Assembly (NCBI GenBank): GCA_964016885.1
Contig: OZ024743.1
Coordinates: 342,798,001 to 342,862,000, forward strand
DNA: 64,000 nucleotides
Origin: Eledone cirrhosa
Lineage: Eukaryota
Direction of reading: 5' to 3'
The position numbers were made by a program, and so were the translations under genes. Each line of letters begins with the position of its first letter. The first letter of the stretch is position 1. Positions 27,863-44,170 of the stretch are shown here, in pieces. A model generated the notes under the pieces. It had not been told where the DNA came from. It saw nothing but the letters and a program-made list of their open reading frames with translations, and searched no databases.

Positions 27863-28370
27863 ATTATAGATATAATGACTCAATGAAATAGAAAAAATTT
27901 AACTTTCAGAGTGATAATATAGATTTACAAAAATAGTTTAAACGAAATGGGACACGTAAATAGGGGAACGAGCGAGACAGTAAACAATCAAAGATGGTAA
28001 TGCAACGAAAAGTAAGGAAGAAGGAGTCAAGTCCCTGAAATCGATGAACGTAACTTCTGTGAAATCGTGGACGAGAGAGAATAAAGACTATCAAACCTGG
28101 TCAAAATGTGAGTAAGGAAAGAATCTCGCATAGGTCAAACGGGAGGAAGTAGGAGAGGGAGTAGCAGATATATATATATATATATATATAAGCACCATAA
28201 TTTGCCTTGGTTACCCTTGAAATATATATAATAAAATAATTATGGTTTTATAAATATAATTTCCATTTATTAATATATGTTATAGTTACTCCATTAAACT
28301 GTTGAGTGCTTTATATCAGTTATAAAAAATGTTTAAGCTTGTTGAATCCCAACAAATTAAATATAACCTC

Positions 28371-28457
<87 letters not shown>

Positions 28458-28606
28458 ATACTTTGGGAGGGTCATGTTGCCAATAAGAAACACACGCACC
28501 AGTTTCTTTCACTTCAATTTATTATAATAAATTTATACTAAATTTATAAATTTATAAATTTATGGTTGGTTGGTTGGTTCCACAACCAGATAGTTGTTTA
28601 TATATT

Positions 28607-28650
28607 GTCATAGTTCTTTCGTCACACACTCTGTGACCTCTTCAGTGACT
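28607..28650 (-). ncRNA. Type I hammerhead ribozyme in 3' pLTR
   Basis: agtca-CTGAAGA-ggtcacagagtgtgtgac-GAA-agaact-A-tgac, in the same sense as the ORF. Confidence 0.8.
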
Positions 28651-28887
28651 GGGGATTCCTTTCTTTGTTTCTGTGCCTCTCCTTTGTTCTGTCCTACGCC
28701 ATTTTGTTTCTGTGTGTGTGTTGTGTGCTCAGTCTGCGCATGCGCCACATCCGGGTGTCTGTGTGTGTTTATGTTCATTTATTTATTTGTTTATTTACAT
28801 GTTACTGGTTGGTTGTTTGTTCTATGTGTGTGTGTTTTCATTTTGTCCTTAATTGTAAGTTGTGATGTTGCTGTTCCACTCATATTT

Positions 28888-31800
28888 TCAATTTAATTTT
28901 GGTTGTAATTCTTTTATGTTTATTGCCTCTGTAATTTGTCTAAGCATTGCGTCTTTTCTGTGTGTAGATTCTATTTTTATTTCTATGTTCTCTAATTTAC
29001 CCTTGTGTTCTATTTTAGCATGTTGGTAGAGTACAGATGATTCTTTACTATCTTGAAGGTCTCGCCAGTGTTCATTTATCCGTTCCCCTACACTACGAGC
29101 TGTCTCACCTATGTACACTATATTTTTGTCTCTACATTGTCCTTCAGTACATCTTATGCTATACACTACATTTCTAGTTTTACAGTTAATATGGGGGCTT
29201 ATTTTACAGGTTATACATTTCTTATCTATACATGAGGGTCTTTGAAAAGGGTATGTCTTGCTAATAAGTGTTTTTACGGAGGTACCTGGTCTTTCTACTA
29301 TCTTAATATTGAGATTATGTTTATTTAGGTCCCTTCTAAATTTGTAAGCTAATTCACCTCTAGGGGTTGTATCGATGAACATTACACTCTGGTATTTATT
29401 GCTATCATACCATGAGTTTATTCTATTAGCCTTGTTCCTAGTTCTTTCTATTCTATTCCAAAATTTGCGCCTAAACAAGGGGCAGGTCCCATTTATGTCA
29501 TTATTTACCATTTTTTCCCATTTGGTTCTGGCTCCTCTATACACTCTGATTTTATCTCTCTGATTGTAGCCAGAGAACTGCATACGGTGGATGAAGTGTT
29601 GTATGTGTCTCTCTAGTTCTTCGGGGTTGCACATGCGGGACACGTTTCTCATCACCCGTACCAAATCCGAAATCAGTATGTTGATTTTGGTATGGTCCGA
29701 AACGGCCGAGTTTCGGTGGATCAGATGTTTGGAAGTCATGGGTTTGGCATAATGGGAATGGAGGATTTGTTTTTTGTTATTAATGGTATCTAACCAGAGC
29801 TCTGTGTCTAGTACAGGTAATCGATGGTTGGGGTGTTTACTTGGGTAGTCTATAGTAAGTCTATAATGCTCTGGTGGATGGAGTTAGCTATTTGCTGGAT
29901 GCTTTCCATTGTGTTTTTCTCTAGTTCCTGACTGTTCTCTAGTGGGGGTGTCTTAACTACGATGTTTATATCATCAACGTAGCGGGAGTACATTATCAGG
30001 GTTAAGGGGTCTTCTAATTGTTCTTTAAGTTTAAGTTTAAGTCTACTGTCCCACCATACCATGAATAAGTTAGCTATGTCGCCTGCAATGCTAACACCAA
30101 TGGCTGCTCCTTCCTCTTGGGCATATGTTTTTCCATTAAATTTGAACATATGTTCCTTAAGGTTTAGTTTTATGCTGGCCCCTACCGCATGTGCAATCAT
30201 TTTCTTCAGTTGATCGTGGTTTTCGGGTGTCCGTATGGCTCTGGTCCACCCGTTCCATCTATCTGTGTGGGTTTTCTTGGCCATTGAGGTAATGGTAGGT
30301 GGTCTGCCTCTTGCTGGTCTTGTAGGGCACAGGTTGCTAAGGTCATATGTGTCTAGGTAATTATTACTATAGCTAAGTTTAAGTAGGAGTCCCAGCTCAC
30401 TGGTATCAATCCGACGGAACTCAACATTGCTCTCACTGATCATTTCTACGCATTTCTCCACAGCAAAGTCCACGTCAATAGATGGATATAGGGACACAAC
30501 ATCCATACTACCTATTATGCAGTTTGTTAGGTCCCTAGATCGGTTACTCACGCCGATTCTGCTGAGGAGGTCCTCCGTGCTGTCACATACATCTGGGACA
30601 TTTCGATGATGGGGCGTATGATCAGGGAGAGGAAGTAGGACAGTCTGTAGTTACTAGCAATGTTAGCTCCACAGACTGGCCGTGTTGGTGGTCCCGCGAT
30701 AGGGTCACTGCCCGTTTTATGGTCTTTTCGAAGCCCATACAACGCCGGCACGTCATTGTCCCAGGCCTGGAAGTTGTTGCCTGTCCTTTTGTTGGGCTGC
30801 ATTATATTCGTCCACATCACCATATAATATTTCTAAGTTCGGATCTAGCTATACTAAATTGTACTTCTGTTTGTTCATCGACCTGCGACGGCAATTGCGT
30901 GCGTTTGTTAAATGGTAAAGTCGTGGAGTGGACTCGTCGCAGGTCGAACGATTTATCGGAGGGATTATAAAAACTAGAGTTCCAGGCTGCTGCTTTATGT
31001 GTATTAGTGCTATTGTTATTGTTAGTTGTGTTGTTTCTATTTCTATTTCCATCAACAGCCTCATGGTTGTTTCTATGTCTCTCATAATTACTCCTGTCTC
31101 TTTCCACTGGCTCATTGTTGTTATCTACCCTATTTTGTGTGTCTGTGTGTTCGTCTTGGTTATTTTCTTTGTCCTTAGTCTCCCTTCTCCTTTTAATCCT
31201 ATTACTTTCCCTTATTTCTGTGATTTCTGTGCTACTGTCATTACTTGTTTTCTGTGTCTGTGTGTTTGTTAAGATTGTGGTGGTGGTGAGAGGCATTGAA
31301 TGTGTGTGTGTTGTTGTTGTTTCTGGGTATGTTATTATTGTTGTTGTTGTTGTTGGTGTGTGTGTTGTTGTTATTGTTGTTTGTGTCTGTGTGTCTGTTG
31401 TTGTTGGGATGTGTGTTGTATATGTGTGTGCGTATATTGTTGCTTTTGTTTTTGTTTTTGTTTTTGAGGCTCCAGCGTAGTTTTGTAAATGATTTTTCTA
31501 TTTCTGACAGACAACTAATCTTATTTACCTTCTTGAATGTCGCATACTTAGGTGGAAGTTGTAATACAGATAATTCATTGTCATCTATTACTGTGTTGCC
31601 GTATATATTTGTGTTGTTGTTGTTGTTGTTGAACTCATCTGTTAATGAGGTGTCGGCCATATTTATACCGTCAATTTTGTCGGGATATCTATTGGTATTC
31701 TCTATAGTATCCTGATTTAGCTTTATCTGCTTAAGCCACTTTAGTTTCTTGTTAAAGTGCTTATCACATTCTTGAGTAATGTAGTTCTTCAGGACGTATA

Positions 31801-32080
31801 AGGCTTATAAATATTAGTTTCTCTCTTGGTGTGGTGATCCTAGCTATTTCTTGTATTAGGTTACGCTTATGTTTTTCTTGATGACTTAATTCTCTATAGA
31901 TCTTCTTTTTTATGTTTAGAATTAGTGTTCGTTTTCGCCTATCTGCTTGTTTTTTGGTGAGTTGTAATCTTCTTACGTCGGTGTTGATGGTGTTGGTGTA
32001 AACTCGGGACGAGGCACATTCTTTTATGAAGTGAAGTGTAGTTGTCGAGATGTTATGGTTTTTCGTAGACAACAGAACAT
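28888..32080 (-). pseudogene. PLE reverse transcriptase + GIY-YIG endonuclease (several frameshifts)
   Basis: YGLRKDHK, RPVCGA, GSMDVVSLYPSI, QEEGAAIG, YSRYVDD, LPVLD, C..C...C, VVYSIRC...YIGETARSVGERINEH, RQITEAINI...PKLN. Confidence 0.93.
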
Positions 32081-32312
32081 GTGTGACGAAAGAACTATGA
32101 CAATATATAAACAACTATCTGGTTGTGGAACCAACCAACCAACCAGAAATTTATAAATTTATAAATTTATTATAAATTTATTATAATAAATTGAAGTGAA
32201 AGCAACTGGTGCGTGTGTTTCTTATTGGCAACATGATCCTCCCAAAGTATAACAATATCGGTTTCAACACACGATTTCAGATAAAGAATCTTGCTAAACA
32301 AATTCAGAAACG

Positions 32313-33432
<1,120 letters not shown>

Positions 33433-33686
33433 CTAAGGCTCCAATATTCCGCATATGTTAGTTCTTATATAAATATATACCTGATCTTCGATTGATTTTA
33501 CGAAACATATTCACTGCTTTCACTTTGACCCATTGTGTATGTCATGTAAAGTGATTAATGTAACTGTTGCACCCACACAGGTGTGCACAAATATAAATGG
33601 CTGTCACTGAAATATATATATATATATATACCAGCGAATATGAATAAACGAAGCTAATTTTAACCTGTTGACTTACATTTCTTGTT

Positions 33687-33705
<19 letters not shown>

Positions 33706-33742
<37 letters not shown>

Positions 33743-33746
33743 GAGA

Positions 33747-33835
<89 letters not shown>
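33706..33835. repeat. (GA)n microsatellite
   Basis: Directly visible. Confidence 0.95.
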
Positions 33836-33840
<5 letters not shown>

Positions 33841-33943
33841 GAATATATAGTATATGTTGGTTGTTTACCGACAACTCAGTATGCAGATTGGAGCACTCGA
33901 CGAAGTACACTGGTTGGTTTGGTTACTCTGGAGTAATGTAAAA

Positions 33944-34343
33944 TAATTAAGTCAAATATTTAAAATTTGGCTTCGTTTATTAAAGATGTACTGCTATATA
34001 TATATTTCGGTGACAGCCATCATTGGCTGTGACCTCTTCAGGCAGTACGAATTGGTGTGGTAGAGACAGGTTCACATGTTGTTGAAGTGTTTTACTCCGT
34101 CAATACTCTGATATGTCCAGCTCCTGGTTGGGTTGTTATTTCTCTGAGGAACTGGAATCAACAAGGAGATGGACATATCGGAATATTGACGGAGTAAAAC
34201 ACTTTAACAACATGTGTACCTGTCTCTACCACACCAATTCGGACTGCCTGAAGAGGTCACAGCCAATGATGGCTGTCACCGAAATATATATAGCAGTACA
34301 TCTTTAATAAACGAAGCCAAATTTTAAATATTTGACTTAATTA
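33944..34343. mobile_element. Fold-back pLTR element, ~175-bp arms
   Basis: 33944-34119 is the reverse complement of 34170-34343, with few mismatches. Confidence 0.9.
34243..34297 (+). ncRNA. Type I hammerhead ribozyme (mirror copy 33990-34046, minus)
   Basis: actgc-CTGAAGA-ggtcacagcca atga tggctgtcacc-GAA-atatatat-A-gcagt; AATAAA just downstream. Confidence 0.9.
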
Positions 34344-34903
34344 CTTTATTATATATATAAATGTATGGATAGTATATTTGATAATGTACTGTATGTTTAA
34401 TTAAAAACATTTTGAAGACCATTCGCTATAAGGTTTAAAGTAGTGACTATGTCACTTACTTATTATGGAAAATTATAGAAGCTGGATTCTTATAGAATTC
34501 CAGTAATATTTAAGAGCTGATTAAACAGAGTCATTGCCGGTCCACCAAAAATTAGGTATTAGTATTGGTGCTCTGAAATAGCGATGTATACATGAATGTA
34601 TGTATAGTATATTTGGCAATATACTGTATGTTTGCTCTTAAATATTACTGGAATTCTATAAGAATCCAGCTTCTATAATTATCGGCGAAGGCAGGGGGTG
34701 TGCGGTCTTCATAAACGCCAACAAGCGAGAAACAAACTGTCGATCACTCTCCCTTTATTTATGCTGAAAATAAGTAAGTGACATAGTCACTACTTTAAAA
34801 CTCATAGCGAATGGTCGTCAAAATGTTATTAATCAAATATACAGTGTATTGCCAAATATACTATACATATGTATACATTGCTATTTCAGAGCTATCAATA
34901 CTA

Positions 34904-35262
<359 letters not shown>

Positions 35263-35343
35263 GGTAAACAGAAATAACAACACAAACGATACAGTATATC
35301 GAAGGAATATATTAGGTTAACGCTTGAAATACCAGGAAGAGGG

Positions 35344-35379
35344 TCTTCACGTTTCGGACGCTAGTCCTTTATCAGAAGA
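35344..35379 (-). ncRNA. Mutated minimal hammerhead in a pLTR remnant
   Basis: tctt-CTGATAA-a ggac tagc gtcc-GAAACGT-G-aaga. A more decayed relative lies at about 37814-37848. Confidence 0.55.
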
Positions 35380-37256
35380 AAGAATGAGAAATTAGAAAGA
35401 TTGAAGGGACGGATGGGGTGGATTTGGAAAAAAGGTTTTTTAGAGAAAAATAACAGGTCTATTCATGTTGCCATCTCTTGGAAAACTGTTGATGTTGGCG
35501 TTCTGTGTATAATATATTTTTTTAGAAAAGTGGATGATGGAGCGCGTCTACCGTTTTGTATAAAGAGCTATATTTGTGCGCGTTCGTATGCGTGTGTGTG
35601 TGTTATTATACGTCCGACGAAGCTAAGAGGAGTTGTGTGTGTATATGTAAGTAAAAGAGTGTGTGTGTGCTTGTAAGTACAAATCTATGAGCAAAAGTAT
35701 GTTAATATAAGGGGGTGTGTGTGTATATATAGTATTTCATACAGTTATGTTGATATAAAAATATAATTTAGAACCAATACGATAAAATTTAAATATTATA
35801 TTTGTATTTAATTGATATGTGTGTGAGTTGTGTATATTTATGTGTGTGTTTTTGTGTGTGTGTTTTATGTGTTCGTGTGTGTATGTGTGTTTGTCTTCAA
35901 TTATATACAAATATGATATTTATTTAACCTTATTGGTTTTAAATTATATTCTCATATCATTTTACCTAAATAAAATATTCATTATGCAGATAACACCATA
36001 TGTTAGTTAACACATGGATGTAAGGAATAAAGTAGTCTGGCATATATCATACCAGGTAAGAAGAGTGCCTAGCGAACGATGTCATTTCAACACGGAAAAA
36101 CATTTTGTAAGCAACTCACAGTTTATATTAAATTAAGTTAGTATTATTCCCACTGGCATAAATTTGTATAAATGGATTCTTTTTCATTCACAGATTCCAA
36201 ACGCTACAATTTTCTACTTGGGAATAAATTTAAATTCTTTTGCTTTCTTATCTAATTAAGCTAGAATGCATGTAAAGAAGAGAAAACATCAGTGCGGGAA
36301 TTGTATTCGCCGTATATTTAAACCATAAAAACCCTAAAATACTTATTCTATAAAATAATGTTTTCACTATTTCCATTAAATATAAGATAATCAGATTATT
36401 TAATTAAAATATACGCCGTTGAAATCTGTAGGTGTACTTACTTTATTTAAAAAATGCATATACACATACTCAGACATGCACACACAATAATTAAATATAA
36501 GAGAATATAATTAAAATATTTGAGAGTTTTAATTTTTATATTTTTATGTTGTGGTTATGCGCATTTTAAATGATTCACCGTTAACATGCAATTTAAGACT
36601 GAAGGGAAAATGATATTTTTTCTTTTGCTTCTTTTGATAGTTGTTAAATCAGTGTATGAATAACATTGAAACGAGGCACATAAATTAATAGTACCAATGG
36701 GCAGCATTTATTTCATGTCTACAAGAAATAATTTCTTTGTAGTTTTTGAAGGAAGCGTTTATTCAAGTCAGTTTTGTTGCCTTCGCGCTTACAGGAGTTA
36801 AGATAATTTGTTGATTTGTTTTTTCGCATGAGTGTATGTGTATATACCTAAAACTCCTAACTATTTCTCTCTCGTCTTGTCTCTGTATATATATATGTGT
36901 GTGTGTGTGTTTTCTGTGTATGTGTGTGGGAATGTGTGGGTGCGTGTATGTGTGTGTGTGTGTACAGACAAAGAGAAAAGAGAAAATATAAATGGTGTTT
37001 GCACAAACAGCAATACAATACACAGTGATAGTGTAAAGTGATAAATATATAATATGTTAGTGTCCGTTACAAATAAAACTCTGTTACTTAAAGTGTCATG
37101 TTTAGTTCAAATCTAAACATTTAGTTAAAAACGAAATAATCAACACAGGTTAAAAAACAAACCGTTATATAGAAAGACCATTAAACATATATGAATCAAC
37201 TTCCGATTTACAAAGTTACTCATTGCATATAAACTGGTAAAAGTGGGTAGTTCTAT

Positions 37257-37441
37257 GGTTGTTTCTCCATATGGCACAAGGCCAGCAATTATCCAAGTGT
37301 ATTACTGGTGCTTTATTTTATCGACCCCGTAAGGATGAAAGGCAAAGTTAACCTCGGCGGGATTTGAACTCAGACTGTAAAGGGACGTAATTATGCTAGA
37401 AAGCATGGCGTCCAACCCTCTACCGATACTGCCAATTCACC
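37257..37441 (-). mobile_element. tRNA-derived SINE
   Basis: Full-length reverse copy. Confidence 0.85.
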
Positions 37442-37679
37442 GTTTTGGGATAGAAATTATAACAATAGCAATAATATTATTGTTGTGTAAGAAATTTAAA
37501 TCTGTTATATCAACAATATTACTATATAGGAATATAATATGAAATATATTACCAGAAGCTATAGAAGCTTTGAAGACACAGCTACTCTTTTCTTGCAGAA
37601 AATAAATATTAAACTCTCCACACTTGTATTAAGAGCTCATTCAGTTAATGTTTGAACATTTTATGTATTTAAAACAACT

Positions 37680-37711
<32 letters not shown>

Positions 37712-38229
37712 CAATCACAAACATACACACACACATACACACACCCACCCACAAAAGGGTTTTCCTCCTCTTCTCTCGTCTATTTTTTATTTCTTCTTTT
37801 ATCTCTCATTCTATCTTCAGATGAAGGACTAACATTCGAAACTTTAGGACTCTTTTCTCACTATATTAGGCGCTAAACTAATATATACCTTCATTGTACT
37901 GTATTGTTTATCCGTTTACTTTTCGCATTTGTACATATATATATCTTCCTGATGATTTCATACGAATGAAATCGTTCTAGTCCTGCAGAAGTTACTTCTA
38001 TATAACACAATATATTTATATGCTTGTTTGAGACCCGATACGGCAAGCAACAGTACATAAGATGAGTTTCAGCCGAATATCCAAGCAGTCATTCCAGTTT
38101 AAAAAATAAATCTATATTAGTAGCATGACGTAGTTCATTCAATATATCAGCCGATCTGGCTTATTATTGTGTCGTTTCTCCCTTTTTCTCTTGATGTCCT
38201 GCTTCCTTTGATGCTTACATCATGGATTA

Positions 38230-38697
38230 TCTTCCGCCATATTGGTCTTCCCTCAACATAATGCACATCGAATTACGCAAACCATTCTGGGAATCAATGA
38301 AGATCCTTCAAGACAATAACTTTGATCTGAAGGAAGAGAGGCGAAGATCATGGAATAAGTCCAAATTTACCAACTAAGACCTCGTCGAGGATGTCACATC
38401 TAAACCAGCCGGTTTTACCTTCCTAGAAAGCAATGGGTGTCCCTTAATTGGATCGGCACAACACATTCCAGGATTGTCCATGATTCTCCCTCGATAGGAA
38501 ATGAAAGACAGCCCAACTTGTGACTGTGGAGAGCGTTACGAAACAATGCTGCATGTTGTTTGGGATTGCTCCCTCACACATTTTCCCGGCGGTCTAGAGG
38601 CAACATATAATACTACAAATGACCCATTAGTTTAGTTCACCAATATCGATCTGTCTCTCTAACCATTGTGCATATGTCATACGACAAGAATAAGATC
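38230..38697 (+). mobile_element. Ingi/Vingi-like LINE 3' end
   Basis: Degenerate GF.LPRKQWVSLN...DSPTCDCGERYETMLHVVWDC (CCHC), ending 'catacgacaagaataaga'. Confidence 0.7.
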
Positions 38698-38984
38698 TAG
38701 ATAGAAGATTAGATATATTTAACAAATTTTGATAAATTACCTTTAAAGTATTGGAAGTTTTAACTGCCACCAGATTAAATTGAGTAGCAATAAACTATAC
38801 GCTCCCACTCTTTATACATAATTGTGAGATCCTTATCGGGTAGTTTTAGATATTAATTGTTCTTATCTAACGATTTATACGTTTTGTATCTCTATATATT
38901 ACCTTTGTCTATAGTATCTATTTTTCTTATATGTTTTATTTCTTTCATCATTAATGTTTTGTTCACCTATTCTTATAGTCTTAG

Positions 38985-39140
38985 GTGGATTGGCAATATC
39001 GGTAGAGGGTCTGACCCCATGCTTTGCAGCAAAGAGTTACGGCTCTTTATGGTCTGAGTTCAAATCCCGCCGAGGTTAACTTTGCCTTTCATCCTGTACT
39101 AGGTATTTGCTGGCCTTGTGCCTAAAGTAGAAACAGTTAT
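38985..39140 (+). mobile_element. tRNA-derived SINE (internal deletion)
   Basis: Head, B-box and 3' end present. Confidence 0.85.
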
Positions 39141-40201
39141 TATTTCTATACAATAAAATACATTGTTTTATACTTTGGAGCATGAGAAATACGAAATTCA
39201 GTGTCCTGTGTATCAATTTTGGAAGCAATATTTGATTTTCTGTTCATAATTTAACAGTAGTAATAAGGAAGAATATGTATAACAACATGCAGAGCACTTA
39301 AAAGTAAGAGCACATAAAAGTAAAATCTGTCAAATTTGTGCATAGGAGGGAGTCGTGTCATTAATAATTGTGCTTACATTTTAATAGGTAAAGACCCCCT
39401 TCGGTCACGAATGACCATTTGATTTGCTCCTAGACTTGTTCCCCTGCGAAGTACAAGTCTGGGTAAGGCTGTTTGTGGAAAACCAGCAGTCGCCCACGCA
39501 TACCAGCCATCTCTCTCAACGCCATCGATGTTGTCAAAGGGAAAAGCAGTAGCCGATACAGCTTGGCACCTGTGATGGCGCAACTCATTTCTAAAGCTGA
39601 GTAAACTGGAGCCTTCCATTAGTTATCGTATCATCTTGAGGGAGATATGAAGAGATGTTTAGTTTGTTTGTTTTTTACTGTTTAGTCAAAGAGGAAAGGA
39701 AGGTGCCTGAGGATGGTTATCCTCAAACAAGATACCTGGTACAAATGCTTACAACAGAATGGTCTCCAATAGAGTCAGGTTGGTTGTTTTAATTCCGAGC
39801 GACCCAAGAACGTTACAGCAAACGGCAAAAAAAAAACGAAACAAATACATCAAGTCATCTAGCGCATGATCAATCCAATTACCTAGACTAGTATTTTATT
39901 TTATTAACCACGAAAGACTGAAAGATAAAGTTTAATAGTATTTTTTTAAAACAGCGAAATTTGAGATCAAATAAGCAAAAATTATATTTCCTTGCGAAAC
40001 AATAAGGAACCTTGTCAGTTATCTCAAGGTGATTAGGAGACCTTCGTGTATCTAATTTCACAGCAAGAATAAAAACATATGGGTGGGATTCTGTATATTA
40101 ATTTATTCATAACCCAAGTTATTACGAATAACATTTATCATATTAATTAACTAACTACTGTGTATCTCTTTCTATTCTATCAAGGCATCTTTCTATCTAT
40201 C

Positions 40202-40344
<143 letters not shown>

Positions 40345-40497
40345 TAAAATAACAGAGTAAAGTTTAAGCAAAGAATCGCTGCTTTCACCCTTAACGGCAT
40401 GATCTTCTGAAACTCTACGGTTTTTATATATATTTATATATATATTATCCTTATCGAGCCCTCTTCGTATTTTAGTCTTCACATTTATTATTATTAC

Positions 40498-40552
<55 letters not shown>

Positions 40553-40582
40553 TTTTATATATATGTGTGTGTGTGTGTGTGC

Positions 40583-40671
<89 letters not shown>

Positions 40672-40974
40672 ACAAAATTTGTTTACGGAGTTATTGCCCC
40701 TTATCGAGACTGTGTATTCTCTCACCACTGCTATCCACTGGAACTATTGATAATACATAGTATTCTCTAATGTATACATCAGCTGATTACCCTAATTTGT
40801 ATACCGAGCGATTTTACGGCCGGATTTGCTGAATATTAAAAACAAAATTTGTTTTCGCTCTAACGTAGCGGATACCTGAATGTATTTCTGATTAAAGAAT
40901 AATAATATAATTTAATTTCGTTTCGTTATTTGTTAATAATAATATAATAATATTTTTATTATTAACTCACAAAT

Positions 40975-41073
<99 letters not shown>

Positions 41074-41155
41074 CATACATATATATATGTATGTGTGTGT
41101 GTGTGTCTGTCTGTGTGTCTGTGTGTGTATATATATGTATATATATACACATATA

Positions 41156-41186
<31 letters not shown>

Positions 41187-41211
41187 GTATATACATATAT
41201 GTGTGTGTGCG

Positions 41212-41254
<43 letters not shown>

Positions 41255-42366
41255 ATATATATATATATATATATATATACATGGAGTGAGTATGTTTGTG
41301 TGTATGTGTGTGAATATGTGTATGCATGTGGTTTATGGCAATCACTCCATTTATGTCATCACATAATTATTTTTAGTTACCTCTTTTAATGCTTTCTACA
41401 TTAAAATAAATGTTTTCGTGCAGATGACGTTTGGGGCTATTTATTCTGTTAGTGTTGGTTTGTTTTTGATACTGGAAATGTGGACCGTCGTCTGTTTCGA
41501 CGATGAATGCCCCAGTTGTTCAACCAGTAGAACAAACTGTTAATGAAATAAACGTTTAAATGACTGATCGGTTCCCGGAGACGTATATGCTTAATGTAAT
41601 TCTCAGATGAATCAGTGAGACTCAGAATGACACAGTGTGTAACATGACCGTCTCTTTGAATTACAAGTACAGTCCATCTGAATGACTTCCAAACAGTTTC
41701 AATTAACAAGATTTGGGTCGATCGGAGGTTATGGTAAATGACACTTGCCCGAGATGACACGCAATAAGATCGAACTCGGGACCTAATGATTGCGAAACAG
41801 ACTTCTTAGCCATTCGTCCATGGTGTGTCCACATTGTTGTTGTTAGGTCTTACAGATACAATAACATCCGACTCATTTCCCTTTCTCGTAAATATTTTTC
41901 ATGTCATAACATTTATCTGCCTCTTTCTTGTTTTTAAAATCTTTCCGCATATAAAATATTATTACGTTAATTAACAATGCAATAATTCTTTCTTTCCTGT
42001 TTGATCCTAACTGATTTATCATATCAACAACTTTCCAAAGAACTGTAATAATAATAAGATCACACATCATTTTTTTTTTTCTGTCTGACACTGGCATGAG
42101 ATGAATGAGTGATTAAGTTTGCTTTGAGATGATTGTGGTTCCAAGCCCGATCGCACAGCGTGTCAGATTAGATGTATCCAAAATAGAATTGTGTAAACCG
42201 AAACATTTTAAGGAAAACTGGAAAGAAAGAAACTGTACTCAAGCAAGTTTTGAGGGTGTGTTTGTGTGTGGGTTTGTTTTATTGGTGTATTTGTGAGTAT
42301 AGGTGTATGTGAGTATGTGTGTGTGTATGCGTGTGTGTGTGTGTTTGTGTGTGCGTGTGTGCGTAC

Positions 42367-42407
<41 letters not shown>

Positions 42408-42414
42408 AGCGCGC

Positions 42415-42490
<76 letters not shown>

Positions 42491-42822
42491 AGAAAGAAAG
42501 ACTGAGAGACAGAGAAATAAACAGAGAGAAAGCGAAATCATGTGTGCTTAACGGCTCTGGCAATCGACTAGAAAATTAGGTACCATCAACAGATCAATTG
42601 TTCTAAATATACCATTATTTGCCTATCTGAGGACCTTTCTGACATGCAATGATGAATCATATGGAAGACAGTCTGTCCCTACGGTACTCTTTTCTTTTAA
42701 CAATCTGTTTCTATAAACCTGTTGTTGCTTCTGTTGTTATGTTCTTTAATCCCATGACTGCTTATCGTGCAGAATTGTAATCAAATACTTCCCATCCATA
42801 CAATACCATCTTATTTACAGAC

Positions 42823-42995
42823 ATCGGTAGAGGGTCGGATGCCATGCTTTGCAGCATAGAGTTACGGCCCTTTACGGTCTCAGTTGAAATCCCGCCGAGG
42901 TTAACTTTGTCTTTCTTACTTACGGGGTCGATAAAATAAAGTACCAGTAAGGCACTGATATAATTGCTGGGCTTGCGCCAAAAGTATAAACTGTT
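42823..42995 (+). mobile_element. tRNA-derived SINE
   Basis: Same family as 2868. Confidence 0.85.
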
Positions 42996-43311
42996 ATATT
43001 ACTAAGCCTATATTATTCAACGAATCTTTCTTTTTTAGGATGGTAGAGTATGATTTGAAGCTTATTTGATGGTATTTCTATCAGATCGAGCAAACACATG
43101 GGGTTTCTGATGGTGGTGGTAACAGTGAAGATTGGCTAGGTAGATTGACAGAACATGACAGTTGGTGTTCTGCTGTATTTATCGACCAACTAAATGAATA
43201 TGTGTATATCAAGGACAATATGACGGGTTCCTGATGACGCTAGAAATAGCACCCATAAAACCAGTATATAGCAACTCAACAATTAAGGAGTATTAATATC
43301 ATATATATATA

Positions 43312-43384
<73 letters not shown>

Positions 43385-43489
43385 AGAGAAAGAGAGAGTT
43401 AAAATCTTGACCACAGTGACAAGCGGTTTCGGCGTTTTTGTTCAGCACTGCCTATATATATATATTATATATATATTTATATATATATA

Positions 43490-43669
43490 AACAAAGAAGG
43501 TGTGGTAGGATAGCAAGTGGACCATAACGCACCAGAGTACTCAATACTTAGGGTGGTAATAGGAAAAGAGTCAGAACTCCGACGGCTGAGCTCCGGCCGT
43601 TTCGACAGTTAAATCCGAACTGTTGAAACGGCCGGAGCTCAGCTGTCGACATCCTGACTCTTTTCCTAT
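43490..43669 (-). mobile_element. Fold-back pLTR element (relative of 32366 family)
   Basis: Palindrome 43559-43669 plus tail 'ccataacgcaccagagtactcaatacttagggt'. Confidence 0.75.
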
Positions 43670-43927
43670 ATATATATACAGATATATATGTGTATGTGTG
43701 TGTCTGTCTGTCTGTCTTTCTGTCTGTGTGTGTTTGCCTATTAATAATTTTCCATTTTTCGCAGATCCCAAAAGCTATATTTTCAAATTAAGAATACATT
43801 TAATGTGTTTACATATAATTGCATTTTCAATGAAGTTAAAATTCACAAATATTTATTTAAAGAGCCGTTCATATACACAGATGACAAGATATTCTCATAA
43901 ATATACCTTCTAATTAAATTAATAGAT

Positions 43928-43975
<48 letters not shown>

Positions 43976-44024
43976 TACTTTTTGAAACAGTGAGCTTATA
44001 TTTCTAATATATATATATATATTT

Positions 44025-44109
<85 letters not shown>

Positions 44110-44133
44110 TATATCTATATATATATATTTATG

Positions 44134-44170
<37 letters not shown>

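Larger units (their letters stand above)
28453..32313 (-). mobile_element. Long Penelope-like retroelement (family 1) with inverted pLTRs, in (TA)n
   Basis: Frameshifted ORF from about 32080 to 28888. pLTR 28453-28885 with HHR; inverted partial pLTR + tail at 32081-32313; (TA)n on both sides. Confidence 0.95.

Noticed and set aside
43222-43435. Possible HHR halves ('ctgatgacgctagaaatagc' and minus 'cgccgaaaccgcttgtc')
   Set aside because: On opposite strands and could not be folded into a complete core.
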